DNA from: a candidate division WWE3 bacterium RAAC2_WWE3_1
GTDB lineage: Bacteria > Patescibacteriota > WWE3 > UBA101185 > UBA10185
Reading direction: 5' to 3'
Length of the DNA stretch: 64,000 nt
Assembly: GCA_000503835.1 (NCBI GenBank)
Contig: CP006914.1
Coordinates: 465,680 to 529,679, forward strand
Every line of letters begins with the position of its first letter. The first letter of the stretch is position 1. Position numbers and translations under genes: made by a program. The notes under the pieces are model-generated. The model was not told where the DNA came from and did not search any database. It worked only from the letters and a program-made list of their open reading frames with translations. Positions 45,121-54,576 of the stretch are shown here, one piece after another.

Positions 45121-45886
45121 TTTCCTGTACACCCACTTCAACCTCTACGCCCCTCTTGAATTTCATTGACGCCATAATTTTATCCTTGTCCTTACCCTCA
45201 TATATACCTTCTAACCCACCGTCAAATATTCTGACGACGCGGTTTGCGTATTTTATGTATTCCAGGTCATGCGTGACCATGATGACGGTCTTGGCCATTT
45301 CCTTCGACATCTTGGATAACAACTCCATTACAGCAACCCCGGATTGGTAGTCGAGGTTTCCGGTAGGTTCGTCGGCAACAATAATTTTCGGGTCATTAAT
45401 GAGAGCCCTGGCCAGTGAAATTCTCTGCTGCTGCCCAGAGGAAAGCTCGGACGGAAAATATTCTGCCCAGTCTTTCATTCCCAAACTATCCAAAATGTGA
45501 AGTGCTGCATTTGCAGCGTTTCCTTTATCTACGCCTGTCAAAACAAGCGGGAAACTTACATTTTCGCGCACATTGAGAGAGCGGATCCAATTAGCCTGTT
45601 GGTAAACCATCCCAATGTTTTTCTTCCTGAATTCCGATCTAAAGTCCTCGTTTGGCTGAGAATAAATATCAGTCCCCAAAACTATAATTTGACCTGTACT
45701 GGGACCTTCCAGACCTAAAATAGTATGAAGTAATGTTGACTTGCCACAGCCGGACGGACCGAGTATGACCAAAAACTCACCCTTGTATATATCGAACGAG
45801 ATTCCCTTGAGTATTTCCACATCCGCAGTACCTACTCTGAACGATTTGTGCACGTCTTTAACCTCAACTACTTTTTCGGATTCCAT
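45107..45886 (-). CDS. ABC transporter ATP-binding protein (LolD/MacB type)
   Basis: GPSGCGKST, LSSGQQQR, ADEPTGNLD, VTHD. Confidence 0.95.
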   Translation of the reverse strand: MESEKVVEVKDVHKSFRVGTADVEILKGISFDIYKGEFLVILGPSGCGKSTLLHTILGLEGPSTGQIIVLGTDIYSQPNEDFRSEFRKKNIGMVYQQANWIRSLNVRENVSFPLVLTGVDKGNAANAALHILDSLGMKDWAEYFPSELSSGQQQRISLARALINDPKIIVADEPTGNLDYQSGVAVMELLSKMSKEMAKTVIMVTHDLEYIKYANRVVRIFDGGLEGIYEGKDKDKIMASMKFKRGVEVEVGVQENENK

Positions 45887-45888
45887 TT

Positions 45889-48800
45889 CTATTTTATATC
45901 CCCGAGAAAACCAAATACCTGCTGAAGGCTGGAAATTACCAGATTCAACGCGTCATCCGTGGCCTTCGGTGTGATTGTTACAGTATCTACCGAGTAGCCC
46001 TCATTACCGGCGCTATCCGTCGACATCGCTCTGAAATGATATACTCTGGAAGGTACCAGATTAGACAATATTACAACGTGGTTGTAAGTCATACTAGAAT
46101 CTTCCTTTGTTTTCTGAGAATAAGTTGTTCCTGTACCGTCGCCAAATTCGACTTGAGCAGTTGACGGCTCATCTGTGTCCCACGAAATAACGAGCTGTGC
46201 AACTTTCTCGCCCGTGCCACTGTCACCCGGGCTCATACTGCTCTCTACCTTAAGATTCTCAATATAAGGCGCCCTTGTGTCAGTTGCAGTTGTGAAATCC
46301 AGTACAGAAGACGATACTTCATTACCTACGCGGTCTTTTCCGCTTACGATGATTGAATAGGGCGTCTGAGGCTGGAGGTTTTCAAGTACAATACGGTGCT
46401 TACCTGAAGTCAACGCAACATTGGCGTTGTCTTTAACTGCGGCCGGAGAATTTTTCGGGTAGTAGGTAACAACGCTTGAAATGGGTGTGTTTGAAGTCCA
46501 ACTAACAAGTACCGATGTTTTTGCAGCTCCTTTGATTTGAACTATATTAACATTCTCTATCCTCGGTCTGGGCAGTGTTTGAAAGCTCAGCAAATTACCT
46601 TCATACTCATCACCTTCAGTATCAAACGTATTTATTTTATAAAAATATTTAGTCTCATCTTTGAGCCCTTCGAGTAGCATCGAGTACGTAGTTTTTGATG
46701 TGGATGTGGAAAGTTCAAGAATTCCCCCCAACGCTGTAGTTTCACCGTAATAAATAGCCACTTTTGTCGCCCCTTCAGCCGTAAATACAATTTCAGCTGT
46801 GTCTATGCTAACGTTCGATGCTTTCGGGTCGGTTACCGTAGGTGCAGGTTCTGTTTTAAATTCGTATTCCTCACTTATTCCGGTATTTCCATCCTCATCA
46901 GTCCATTTGGCGACGAAGTAATAAGTGGTTCCCGGACTAAGGTTACTTAAATTTATCTCATGATCGGTAACCTGCTCGGAGTTTGAAGGCTCTTCATCAA
47001 TGTAGTCACCGGAGCCTTCCCCGTACTGTATTTTTGTATCCGAAGTTCTGTTTGTAGACCAAGAGATTGTAGCTTTTTTAGTGGTAATGTTGGTAACGAC
47101 AGGCTCCGCGCTAAGCGCCGCAGGTTCCGTAAACCGGCCTGTAGGCATCATGGAAACTACCGACGAAAAGGCGCCGCAATTATTGGTGTTATCACAAGCC
47201 CGGATTTTGTAATAATAATTCTGCTGCTCCAGACCTGTGTCCACATGTGCGATTCCTCCCTCTATGGTGCTGATTCTAGTAAAAGTTACGTTGTCCGTGG
47301 ATCTGTGAACTTCATATTTGGCAACTGTTCCGACAGCAGGGGCTTCCCAGGAAGTTGCCAGCTTCCACGAACTAGTGCTCTTAACTGAGACATCTGCAAT
47401 TTCAACATTTAGGGGTATGCCGGGCGCTGCGGTACTAACAAAAAACTCCTTCGTAATAAACGCACCATAGTTAATGTTTCCTACCCCGTCTCTGGCAGAA
47501 ACGTAGAAAACGTTGCGTCCCGGCAGGTTGGCAAAAGCTTGGGGGCCTACCCCGGTTATTCCCGGCGCTGTGAAGGTACAGTTGTCCACCCCATCCACAA
47601 TACTGGGCTCGACGTTTACCGTGTAGCAATAAGTCAGGTCGCTTTCGGCACCGCTATATCCACCGGGTTCAGGAGAATCCCATATAAATGTGAAAAGATT
47701 CGCACTAGACGGGCTAAGCGCCGTCGTCTCAGGTAGAGATTCCAGCCCCAGAGGTGCTGTGGGAGCCGTGCCCGCGTAGTAAAACGGAACATTGTACACT
47801 ACGGGAACACCCTCACTATTCGAACTTACGTTAAGCGCGTTGTCTATTGTTCTGAGATAGAAGTAGTTCACGCCGTCCTGGTAAGCAGCGTCAGGTATCA
47901 CAACCTCGGTCAGAGTAGTAGTATCGGACCACTCTCCGTCTTCTCCAAGCTTATATTGGTAGCCCGCTAATCCTGAACAAACATCCGGCGACGAGCAATC
48001 TTTAGCCATAGACACACCGGCACCAGGCCACAAAAATGTGTACTCGTTGACTGCGGTATAACCTGGAGGCGAAACCGACACAGTGGCAGGTAGTGTTGGG
48101 CCCTCACCGTCATATTTATAAATAAAAGGACTGCTGTCAGGGTACACAGCACTGACATTCTGAGCTTTATCTTTTGTCTGAATACGGAAGTAGTAAGACG
48201 TTCCGCTGACCATATTTTGCGGAATAAAATAAGATTCTTCCTGGAATGTACCGACTCCAGGGTCACATGGTACGGCATCTATGTCATCACCGAAATATAC
48301 GCAATAACCATCTATTCCGGCATCTCCTACGTCAGTTGCCCCTGACCATGAAAAGTACGGGGCATCATGCGAATACCAAGTATCGGAAGTAAGTAGGTCA
48401 CTACCTGATTCCGAGTCCAAAACCGTGTATGAGGTCGGAGGATTGGGATTCGATGTATCGGGTTCAGCGCTTAGCGTTACCCCGGACAAAGTTACCTGCT
48501 CCGTACCATCACCCGTAAAAATTGCCTGCCATTTTAATCCGGCAGAAGTAATTGGAAAATCAATTATATGGTCATTTACATCCGTTGAAGTATTAGCCTG
48601 ATTTAGAGCTGAGGAAGAAACCCATGAAACTCCGTTCCAGTATTGCCAGCTAATTCCCCCGTCTCCCGACAATCTATATGTCAAAGTTCCCCCATTAGGT
48701 GTTTCGCTCGGTGTAAATCCCGTATACCAAGCAATGTCTTCTGTAAAAACAGCTGTTGAATTCGAAACGGTTTGCGAGTCCGTAGAATAGGGCGCCTCTA

Positions 48801-51800
48801 CAAACGAATTTCTGGAAACAGTGCTCAACCGGACTTCGTCGAGAGATCCTTCAAAATATCCCTGTCCGGAGGACTTGTTTGTTGATCCATAATTTGAGCC
48901 TAATAGTAAGTCAAGCTGATTATCAGGTAAGGTTAAAGAAGTGCTAAGAGTATTGGTTGTGGTTGTACCTGTAGAAAGATCTCTTATTTTTAAAGACATT
49001 TGGCTTCCGTTATATGTTGCTGAAATGTGATACTTGTCGGAAGAATCCCAGCTGGAACGTGTGGATGAAACTATTTTGTTATTACCGTATGACCAGACCA
49101 TCGCATCTGTATTAGCCGTCAGGCCTGTAGCAGCTACGAGCTTTCCTTTGTAAACCTGCATGGCGTTAACGAACTCAATAGCTGCGGTCCAGCCAAAGTT
49201 CGTACCGTCTCCACCGGCTCTGAGCCATCTGCTTCCGTTATATTTCCAGACTTCACCGTCCCCTGCCGTATCCCCCAGTGAAGCATAAAGCTCCCCATTG
49301 TAAACTGTCATACTTCTAACTTTTTCATAAGCGGAGTCCCACCCCAGAATACTCGGGGACTCGCCTGCACCATCACCGCCTACTTGACTCCAGGCGGAAC
49401 CATCATATTTCCAGACTTCTGCCATCCCTGTACCGAGCCCAAGCCCCGCATACAAATCACCTTTGTAAACAGCAAGAGATTCGACGGTATTATAACCGGC
49501 ACCCCAAGCCGTACTGTCTCTTAATTTCGACCACACACTTCCGTTGTATACCCATATGTCGGCATCATCCGCTCCAGAACCAAGTCCTACCGTCAACTGA
49601 CCGTTATAAATGGTCATTGCCGTAACTGAATTCTGACCGCTTGTCCAACCTAAAGCTCCCTCCGCAGCAGCGTTTCCGTTGGCAATGGAGGACCATCCGG
49701 AAGTTTCGTTATATCTCCAGACTTCTCCATCACCGGCTCCTGTTCCCAAGCCTGCATACAAATAATCCTCATATGACATTAGAACGTTTACTTGTTCAAA
49801 CCCGCTTGCCCAGCCACCCGCAGCGTCGCCTGCGATAATATCCCAATCGTCGGTTCCATTGTACCGCCATACTTCGGCATCACCGGCGGTTGCTCCTAAA
49901 CCAGCATACAGTTTTCCGTTGTACCCCTCCATTGAGTGGACGTATTCGTGTTCTTCTGTTCCAGAAGACCAACTCCCGTTAATACCCAAACCACCTACCG
50001 GCACACCGCCCCACGAAATTCCATCGTATTGCCAAACTAGTGCACCGGCCACGTGTGTAGCGGGAGTTACCGTTCTTCCTGTACCTGCATACAAATAATC
50101 ACCAACCTGAACCAGACTTTCAACGCTATTCAATCCGTAATACCCCCAACTTTCGTTTTTATAATTTCCCCCAAGTTTGTTCCACGTACCGCTGTTGTAG
50201 GAATACAACTCCCCGGCGCCGGCGGCCTGATAAAGACCTGTGTACAAAGTACTATCGTAAGTTGAATACACCATACCTCTAACAGTCCTGTACGAAGCGT
50301 TGTTAGCCCAGCCGACTCCATCGCCTCCGATTTTCTCCCACGTTGCGGCGCTGTATTTCCAAACATCTGCGTCCTGAGCATTAATACCCGTTCCGACATA
50401 AATATCGGTTCCGTCCCCGGTTATACTGGAAATTCTGTCATAGACCGCATCTGCCCACCCTAAACCGTTACCACCGATTACTTCCCATGTTGTAGTACAA
50501 CTGGAAACCGCGCACCTATACACATCTGAGTCACTTGTGCCATTACCGAGCCCTGCATAAAGGTAGGTACTTGTCGCGTACAAGGCGTTTACGGCTTCGA
50601 AACTGGTCCCATCCCAACCAAGCGTATCGCCACCGACCTTATCCCAATCGTTTGAACCGTTCCACCTCCACACCTCTGCTTCCCCCGCAGTCACACCCAA
50701 ACCTGCGTACAGGTAAGTGCCGTCATACGCGAAGGAATAAACCGCATCGTAGCCTGCATTCCATCCCCCGAAATAGTTATCTCCACCAACTTTCTCCCAG
50801 ACATCCCCATCCCATCTCCAAACTTCTGCATCTCCGGAGCTATTTCCCAATCCGGCGTATAAATAAGTTCCCGCATAGTACAAAGCGTTTACGGCTTCGT
50901 AAGGGCCGGGAGTGCCTGATGCCCAACCGTACTCGCTGGGACTTGCTCCTGTACCGTCTCCCCCGATTTTTGTCCAGTTCCCACCGTTCCACTTGTATAC
51001 TTCTGCGTCATTATTGTTTATTCCCAAGGCAGCATATAAATTTCCACTGCTGTCAACTTCCAACGCTGTGACTTCTTCATAATAAGTTGTAGACCCCCAG
51101 CCCATGGCATCTCCGCCAATCTTGGACCAGGCCGAACCGTCCCATCTCCATACCTCTGCGTCTGTCTGACCTGACCCCAACCCTACGTAAACTAAATTTT
51201 GGTAATACTCAACGGACGTTACTGCCGACTGACCATTCTGATCCCAACTACTGTTTTTGCTGTCCTGATTTGAGTCTCCTCCAGCTATCTGAGTCCAAGA
51301 CTCCGCATCCGACGAAGAGAGTTCGTAGTTCAACTTTCCGGTCTGGTCGTCGAAATATAGTTTGTAGGAGCCTTTGTCCACGATACCCATCTTTTTACCG
51401 TTAGAGGTGTCGTCTACTGCCGGATCGTAATCGTCCGTAAAGTCGACCCAAGCTTCTATGGAATGTTGTGAAGAAAAATGTAGAGGAGATGAAGGCTCAC
51501 TTGAAGACACCACGACCTGTGTACTGCTCCCATTGAGTTCAAGTTCCCCGTTAAAAAGCCCTCCGGTAGGGTCGAAGGTGCCGTTTTCTACAACCCCATC
51601 TTTGTTGTTTGATGAAGAATCCTCTGCAGTCGCACCACTCGACTCATCAAAATGAAACAAACCTGCCGTATTTGCATCGGACTTATAGTTTCTTACTTTT
51701 AACCTTGCTGAGTTTGCCGAAACCTCTACCAGATCATCATCCGAAAGTGTGTAATCCGAGGGATTATTAAAAGTCCAGCTCTGGGTCACATCTATTTCAT

Positions 51801-51936
51801 CAGCGTAAACGGTTTCGCGGATCAGATTTGGAATTGATAACGGAATTAGAAGTCCCAGAGTCACTGCAACGCAACACCTAAAACAGTGACGTATTTTGTA
51901 AAACGCCTTAGCTAACGAACAGTATTTTTTGGGCAT
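45889..51936 (-). CDS. Giant secreted surface protein (LamG, beta-propeller repeats, fibronectin III-like domains)
   Basis: Signal peptide, LamG motifs FHFDESSG...AWV and HISATYNG...FEGSLDEVR, 14 repeats of about 50 aa, and multiple Fn3-like domains (LSNLSPGTTYYF, LSNLVPSRVYHF). Confidence 0.88.
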   Translation of the reverse strand: MPKKYCSLAKAFYKIRHCFRCCVAVTLGLLIPLSIPNLIRETVYADEIDVTQSWTFNNPSDYTLSDDDLVEVSANSARLKVRNYKSDANTAGLFHFDESSGATAEDSSSNNKDGVVENGTFDPTGGLFNGELELNGSSTQVVVSSSEPSSPLHFSSQHSIEAWVDFTDDYDPAVDDTSNGKKMGIVDKGSYKLYFDDQTGKLNYELSSSDAESWTQIAGGDSNQDSKNSSWDQNGQSAVTSVEYYQNLVYVGLGSGQTDAEVWRWDGSAWSKIGGDAMGWGSTTYYEEVTALEVDSSGNLYAALGINNNDAEVYKWNGGNWTKIGGDGTGASPSEYGWASGTPGPYEAVNALYYAGTYLYAGLGNSSGDAEVWRWDGDVWEKVGGDNYFGGWNAGYDAVYSFAYDGTYLYAGLGVTAGEAEVWRWNGSNDWDKVGGDTLGWDGTSFEAVNALYATSTYLYAGLGNGTSDSDVYRCAVSSCTTTWEVIGGNGLGWADAVYDRISSITGDGTDIYVGTGINAQDADVWKYSAATWEKIGGDGVGWANNASYRTVRGMVYSTYDSTLYTGLYQAAGAGELYSYNSGTWNKLGGNYKNESWGYYGLNSVESLVQVGDYLYAGTGRTVTPATHVAGALVWQYDGISWGGVPVGGLGINGSWSSGTEEHEYVHSMEGYNGKLYAGLGATAGDAEVWRYNGTDDWDIIAGDAAGGWASGFEQVNVLMSYEDYLYAGLGTGAGDGEVWRYNETSGWSSIANGNAAAEGALGWTSGQNSVTAMTIYNGQLTVGLGSGADDADIWVYNGSVWSKLRDSTAWGAGYNTVESLAVYKGDLYAGLGLGTGMAEVWKYDGSAWSQVGGDGAGESPSILGWDSAYEKVRSMTVYNGELYASLGDTAGDGEVWKYNGSRWLRAGGDGTNFGWTAAIEFVNAMQVYKGKLVAATGLTANTDAMVWSYGNNKIVSSTRSSWDSSDKYHISATYNGSQMSLKIRDLSTGTTTTNTLSTSLTLPDNQLDLLLGSNYGSTNKSSGQGYFEGSLDEVRLSTVSRNSFVEAPYSTDSQTVSNSTAVFTEDIAWYTGFTPSETPNGGTLTYRLSGDGGISWQYWNGVSWVSSSALNQANTSTDVNDHIIDFPITSAGLKWQAIFTGDGTEQVTLSGVTLSAEPDTSNPNPPTSYTVLDSESGSDLLTSDTWYSHDAPYFSWSGATDVGDAGIDGYCVYFGDDIDAVPCDPGVGTFQEESYFIPQNMVSGTSYYFRIQTKDKAQNVSAVYPDSSPFIYKYDGEGPTLPATVSVSPPGYTAVNEYTFLWPGAGVSMAKDCSSPDVCSGLAGYQYKLGEDGEWSDTTTLTEVVIPDAAYQDGVNYFYLRTIDNALNVSSNSEGVPVVYNVPFYYAGTAPTAPLGLESLPETTALSPSSANLFTFIWDSPEPGGYSGAESDLTYCYTVNVEPSIVDGVDNCTFTAPGITGVGPQAFANLPGRNVFYVSARDGVGNINYGAFITKEFFVSTAAPGIPLNVEIADVSVKSTSSWKLATSWEAPAVGTVAKYEVHRSTDNVTFTRISTIEGGIAHVDTGLEQQNYYYKIRACDNTNNCGAFSSVVSMMPTGRFTEPAALSAEPVVTNITTKKATISWSTNRTSDTKIQYGEGSGDYIDEEPSNSEQVTDHEINLSNLSPGTTYYFVAKWTDEDGNTGISEEYEFKTEPAPTVTDPKASNVSIDTAEIVFTAEGATKVAIYYGETTALGGILELSTSTSKTTYSMLLEGLKDETKYFYKINTFDTEGDEYEGNLLSFQTLPRPRIENVNIVQIKGAAKTSVLVSWTSNTPISSVVTYYPKNSPAAVKDNANVALTSGKHRIVLENLQPQTPYSIIVSGKDRVGNEVSSSVLDFTTATDTRAPYIENLKVESSMSPGDSGTGEKVAQLVISWDTDEPSTAQVEFGDGTGTTYSQKTKEDSSMTYNHVVILSNLVPSRVYHFRAMSTDSAGNEGYSVDTVTITPKATDDALNLVISSLQQVFGFLGDIK

Positions 51937-52042
51937 AGACTACTGTAAAAAATTATAGTTATCGTCGAGATAAAAATCCATAGAGAAAGTAGAAAAAGGT
52001 ACACAACGGGTAAATTTATTTGTATTATGTTGTTTATCCGGC

Positions 52043-53095
52043 GTGATTATGAAAATACAAAAGGAAACACAGAAAAGCTTTAACTGCAACAAAAAAGCCT
52101 ACTTCATTTTTTCCATGGTACTTTTTTTGATGTTTGCACTCGGCGGAATTATGGGAGTATTCGTCTACCCCACTTTTTTCACCGGTGCTAAAGATAAAGA
52201 TGAGTTACAAAATATTACTCAAAAAGGACAACGTCAGGGCGGAAAATATAAATTTATAAACCCTCTTCTTGAATGTGATTACAGCTCTGATCTGGAGTAT
52301 AAAAACATCTACTCGATAGAAAAAAAAGTCAGCGAAATAATTGAAAGACTAGTTGACGGCACGAATGTATCCAGCGTGTCACTGTACTACCGCGATCTTA
52401 ACAACGGACCGTGGTTTGGGATAAACGAAGACGAGAATTACAAACCTGCGAGCCTTCTTAAAGTTCCTGTGTTTATAGCCTATCTGAAAAAAATCGAAAA
52501 TAACCTGGGTCTTTTATCAAGTACGTTAAGCTACAAAGAAAACGAGCTTGAAATGCCGGATCCCGCCGACAATCTTGAAAGTCTGGCTCCGGAAAAAGAA
52601 TACACGCTGGAAAAACTTTTTGAAAGAATGGTAGTCAATTCTGACAATCAGGCCTACACATTACTTGTAAACAGGATAGACACCAAAGAACTTGACCAGG
52701 TTATGCAGGATCTTGGCATGACCGTGCCTGATTCAAACCTAACTGAAAATATCCTGACTGCAAAGTCTTATGCCTCCCTGTTCAGAGTTCTATACAACTC
52801 ATCTTACGTCAGCCGGAGTGCCTCAGAGTATGCACTTACCTTGATGAGCTACGCACGGTTCGACAGCGGAATAACAAAGGATTTACCTGAGGAAATTGCA
52901 ATCTCACACAAATTTGGGCTAAGAAAATCTGAAGATCTGACAGGAGATGTTTATCTCCACGATTGCGGCATTGTGTACTACCCTGAAAAGCCATACCTCA
53001 TTTGCATTATGACCAAAGGAAAAGATTTTGAACAATTGGCGGGCGTAATAAGCACACTATCCAAAAAGATATACGAGGAAATCAAGAAACAATAA
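52043..53095 (+). CDS. Class A beta-lactamase-like serine hydrolase, membrane anchored
   Basis: PASLLK (SxxK), SDN, HKFG, HDCGIV, PYLICIMT; N-terminal TM. Confidence 0.85.
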   Translation: MIMKIQKETQKSFNCNKKAYFIFSMVLFLMFALGGIMGVFVYPTFFTGAKDKDELQNITQKGQRQGGKYKFINPLLECDYSSDLEYKNIYSIEKKVSEIIERLVDGTNVSSVSLYYRDLNNGPWFGINEDENYKPASLLKVPVFIAYLKKIENNLGLLSSTLSYKENELEMPDPADNLESLAPEKEYTLEKLFERMVVNSDNQAYTLLVNRIDTKELDQVMQDLGMTVPDSNLTENILTAKSYASLFRVLYNSSYVSRSASEYALTLMSYARFDSGITKDLPEEIAISHKFGLRKSEDLTGDVYLHDCGIVYYPEKPYLICIMTKGKDFEQLAGVISTLSKKIYEEIKKQ

Positions 53096-53119
53096 TATTT
53101 CCTGCACCACAAAAGGGGT

Positions 53120-53153
53120 AAAAAAGAAGCAGAGCCCTAAACGAGCCCTGCTT
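53120..53153 (-). terminator. Intrinsic terminator of the RRM gene
   Basis: AAGCAGGGCT...GGCTCTGCTT followed by CTTTTTT on the minus strand. Confidence 0.65.
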
Positions 53154-53180
53154 GTGTATCATTCGGGAAAGAGATAAAGA

Positions 53181-53435
53181 TTATCTCTGTTCCATCGGCT
53201 TGGCCATGGAAACTTTAAGGGTTCTTCCTTCGAAGTCCTTTCCGTCCATACCTGAGATTGCCTCTTGAGCTTTCTCTTCGCTTTCGAACTCAACAAAACC
53301 GAAACCTTTGCTCCTTCTTGTTGCTTTATCTTTGATAACAGCTGAGGAAACTACTGTTCCGAACTGTGAAAAAGCCTGAGCTAAGTCCTGGTCATTAGTT
53401 GTGTAAGGTAAGTTACCTACGTATATTCTTGCCAT
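53181..53435 (-). CDS. RRM-domain RNA-binding protein
   Basis: RNP2 IYVGNL and RNP1 KGFGFVEF. Confidence 0.95.
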   Translation of the reverse strand: MARIYVGNLPYTTNDQDLAQAFSQFGTVVSSAVIKDKATRRSKGFGFVEFESEEKAQEAISGMDGKDFEGRTLKVSMAKPMEQR

Positions 53436-53652
53436 TTGTATTTAAACTACACCACCCTTCATTAAAAAATGCATACAAATGTTCCTGCGATTAATGAAGG
53501 ATACTTACAAGGCAACTTTGGGTAGCCGATAAGATCACAAGCATTAACTGACAGCCGCGGTGTCCTTGACACGCGGTTACGAACTCAGCAATTTTATCAT
53601 ATTTACTGAAAAAATCAAAAATGCCGTAATTACAAGATAAACACCTAAACTA

Positions 53653-53680
53653 TTGACAACATATTAGAAACTGCTAATAT
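53653..53680 (+). promoter_or_regulatory. Promoter with a palindromic putative ArsR-family operator
   Basis: TTGACA...TAATAT, with ATATTAG-AAACTG-CTAATAT overlapping the spacer and -10. Confidence 0.65.
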
Positions 53681-53689
53681 GACTGAGCC

Positions 53690-53959
53690 ATGACAATTGA
53701 TATTTTTTCGGCTATCTCCAACCCGGTAAGAATCAAATTACTTATGTGCCTGTCGGAGAAACCGAAAAGTGTTAATGAACTTATTCAAACGTGCGGGATG
53801 TCCCAATCCGCTGTGTCGCAACACCTGGCAAAATTAAAAAAAGCCGGGATTTTGGATACAAAAAAAGAAGGTAAATTTGTATTTTATAAACTTCTCTACC
53901 CCCGAGCTGCCGAGGTAGCCTTCAAGGTAGATAGTCTTTCGAAAGAAATAGAAAAATGA
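53690..53959 (+). CDS. ArsR/SmtB family transcriptional regulator
   Basis: FSAISNPVRIKLL, SQSAVSQHLAKL, GKFVFY. Confidence 0.93.
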   Translation: MTIDIFSAISNPVRIKLLMCLSEKPKSVNELIQTCGMSQSAVSQHLAKLKKAGILDTKKEGKFVFYKLLYPRAAEVAFKVDSLSKEIEK

Positions 53960-54576
53960 ATATAGCATATTACAGAAAAAGTAAATTTGATTTTGAGCAA
54001 ACTTTGTCAAATCTTCTAACTAAAGCAAAAGAATTTGACTTTGAAGTAGTTTCTCAAACAAAAATAGGTTCGGAAACAGAACTTATAGTAACGTTGATTA
54101 ATGAAGATCTGATCCAAAAAATACTCAAAGCGGATGCTAATTTGGTCGGACTCATTCCTACTTCTGTTGCCATTTTGAACAAAGGCGGAGCGGTAGTAGT
54201 AGGAACCGGTAACCCCGAACTGATGTCCGGCGTAACACCAAATCACGACGTGCAAAACTACGCAGCGGAGCTCTCAACGAAACTTAAAAACCTTATAAAT
54301 CAGACTACTGGAGCGGGAGAACTTAAGGTACTAAATGTAAAACTCTACTCTACCCACACTTGTCCTTACTGCACTGCAGAAAAAGATTGGCTTGAAAAAA
54401 ACATGATTAAACATGAAACAGTGTATTTGGAAGACTCTCCGAAAGAGGCTGAATACATTGTTAAATCGACCGGACAGATGGGAGTTCCTGTGACAGAAAT
54501 CGTCTACGAGGATAATGAGTCAGAGTTTGTCATAGGTTTCGACAGGAATAAACTGACAACAACACTAATAAAGTGA
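53956..54576 (+). CDS. DUF302-like domain fused to glutaredoxin (NrdH/YruB-like)
   Basis: N-terminal FEQTL..L...F.V...LVGLIPTSVAI is DUF302-like; C-terminal YSTHTCPYC...GQMGVPV...IGFD. Confidence 0.75.
   Translation: MNIAYYRKSKFDFEQTLSNLLTKAKEFDFEVVSQTKIGSETELIVTLINEDLIQKILKADANLVGLIPTSVAILNKGGAVVVGTGNPELMSGVTPNHDVQNYAAELSTKLKNLINQTTGAGELKVLNVKLYSTHTCPYCTAEKDWLEKNMIKHETVYLEDSPKEAEYIVKSTGQMGVPVTEIVYEDNESEFVIGFDRNKLTTTLIK

Noticed and set aside
49080-51306. Diversity-generating retroelement VR/TR pair among the giant-gene repeats
   Set aside because: The repeats are similar only at the protein level, with no adenine-specific near-identical DNA pair and no reverse transcriptase in the window.
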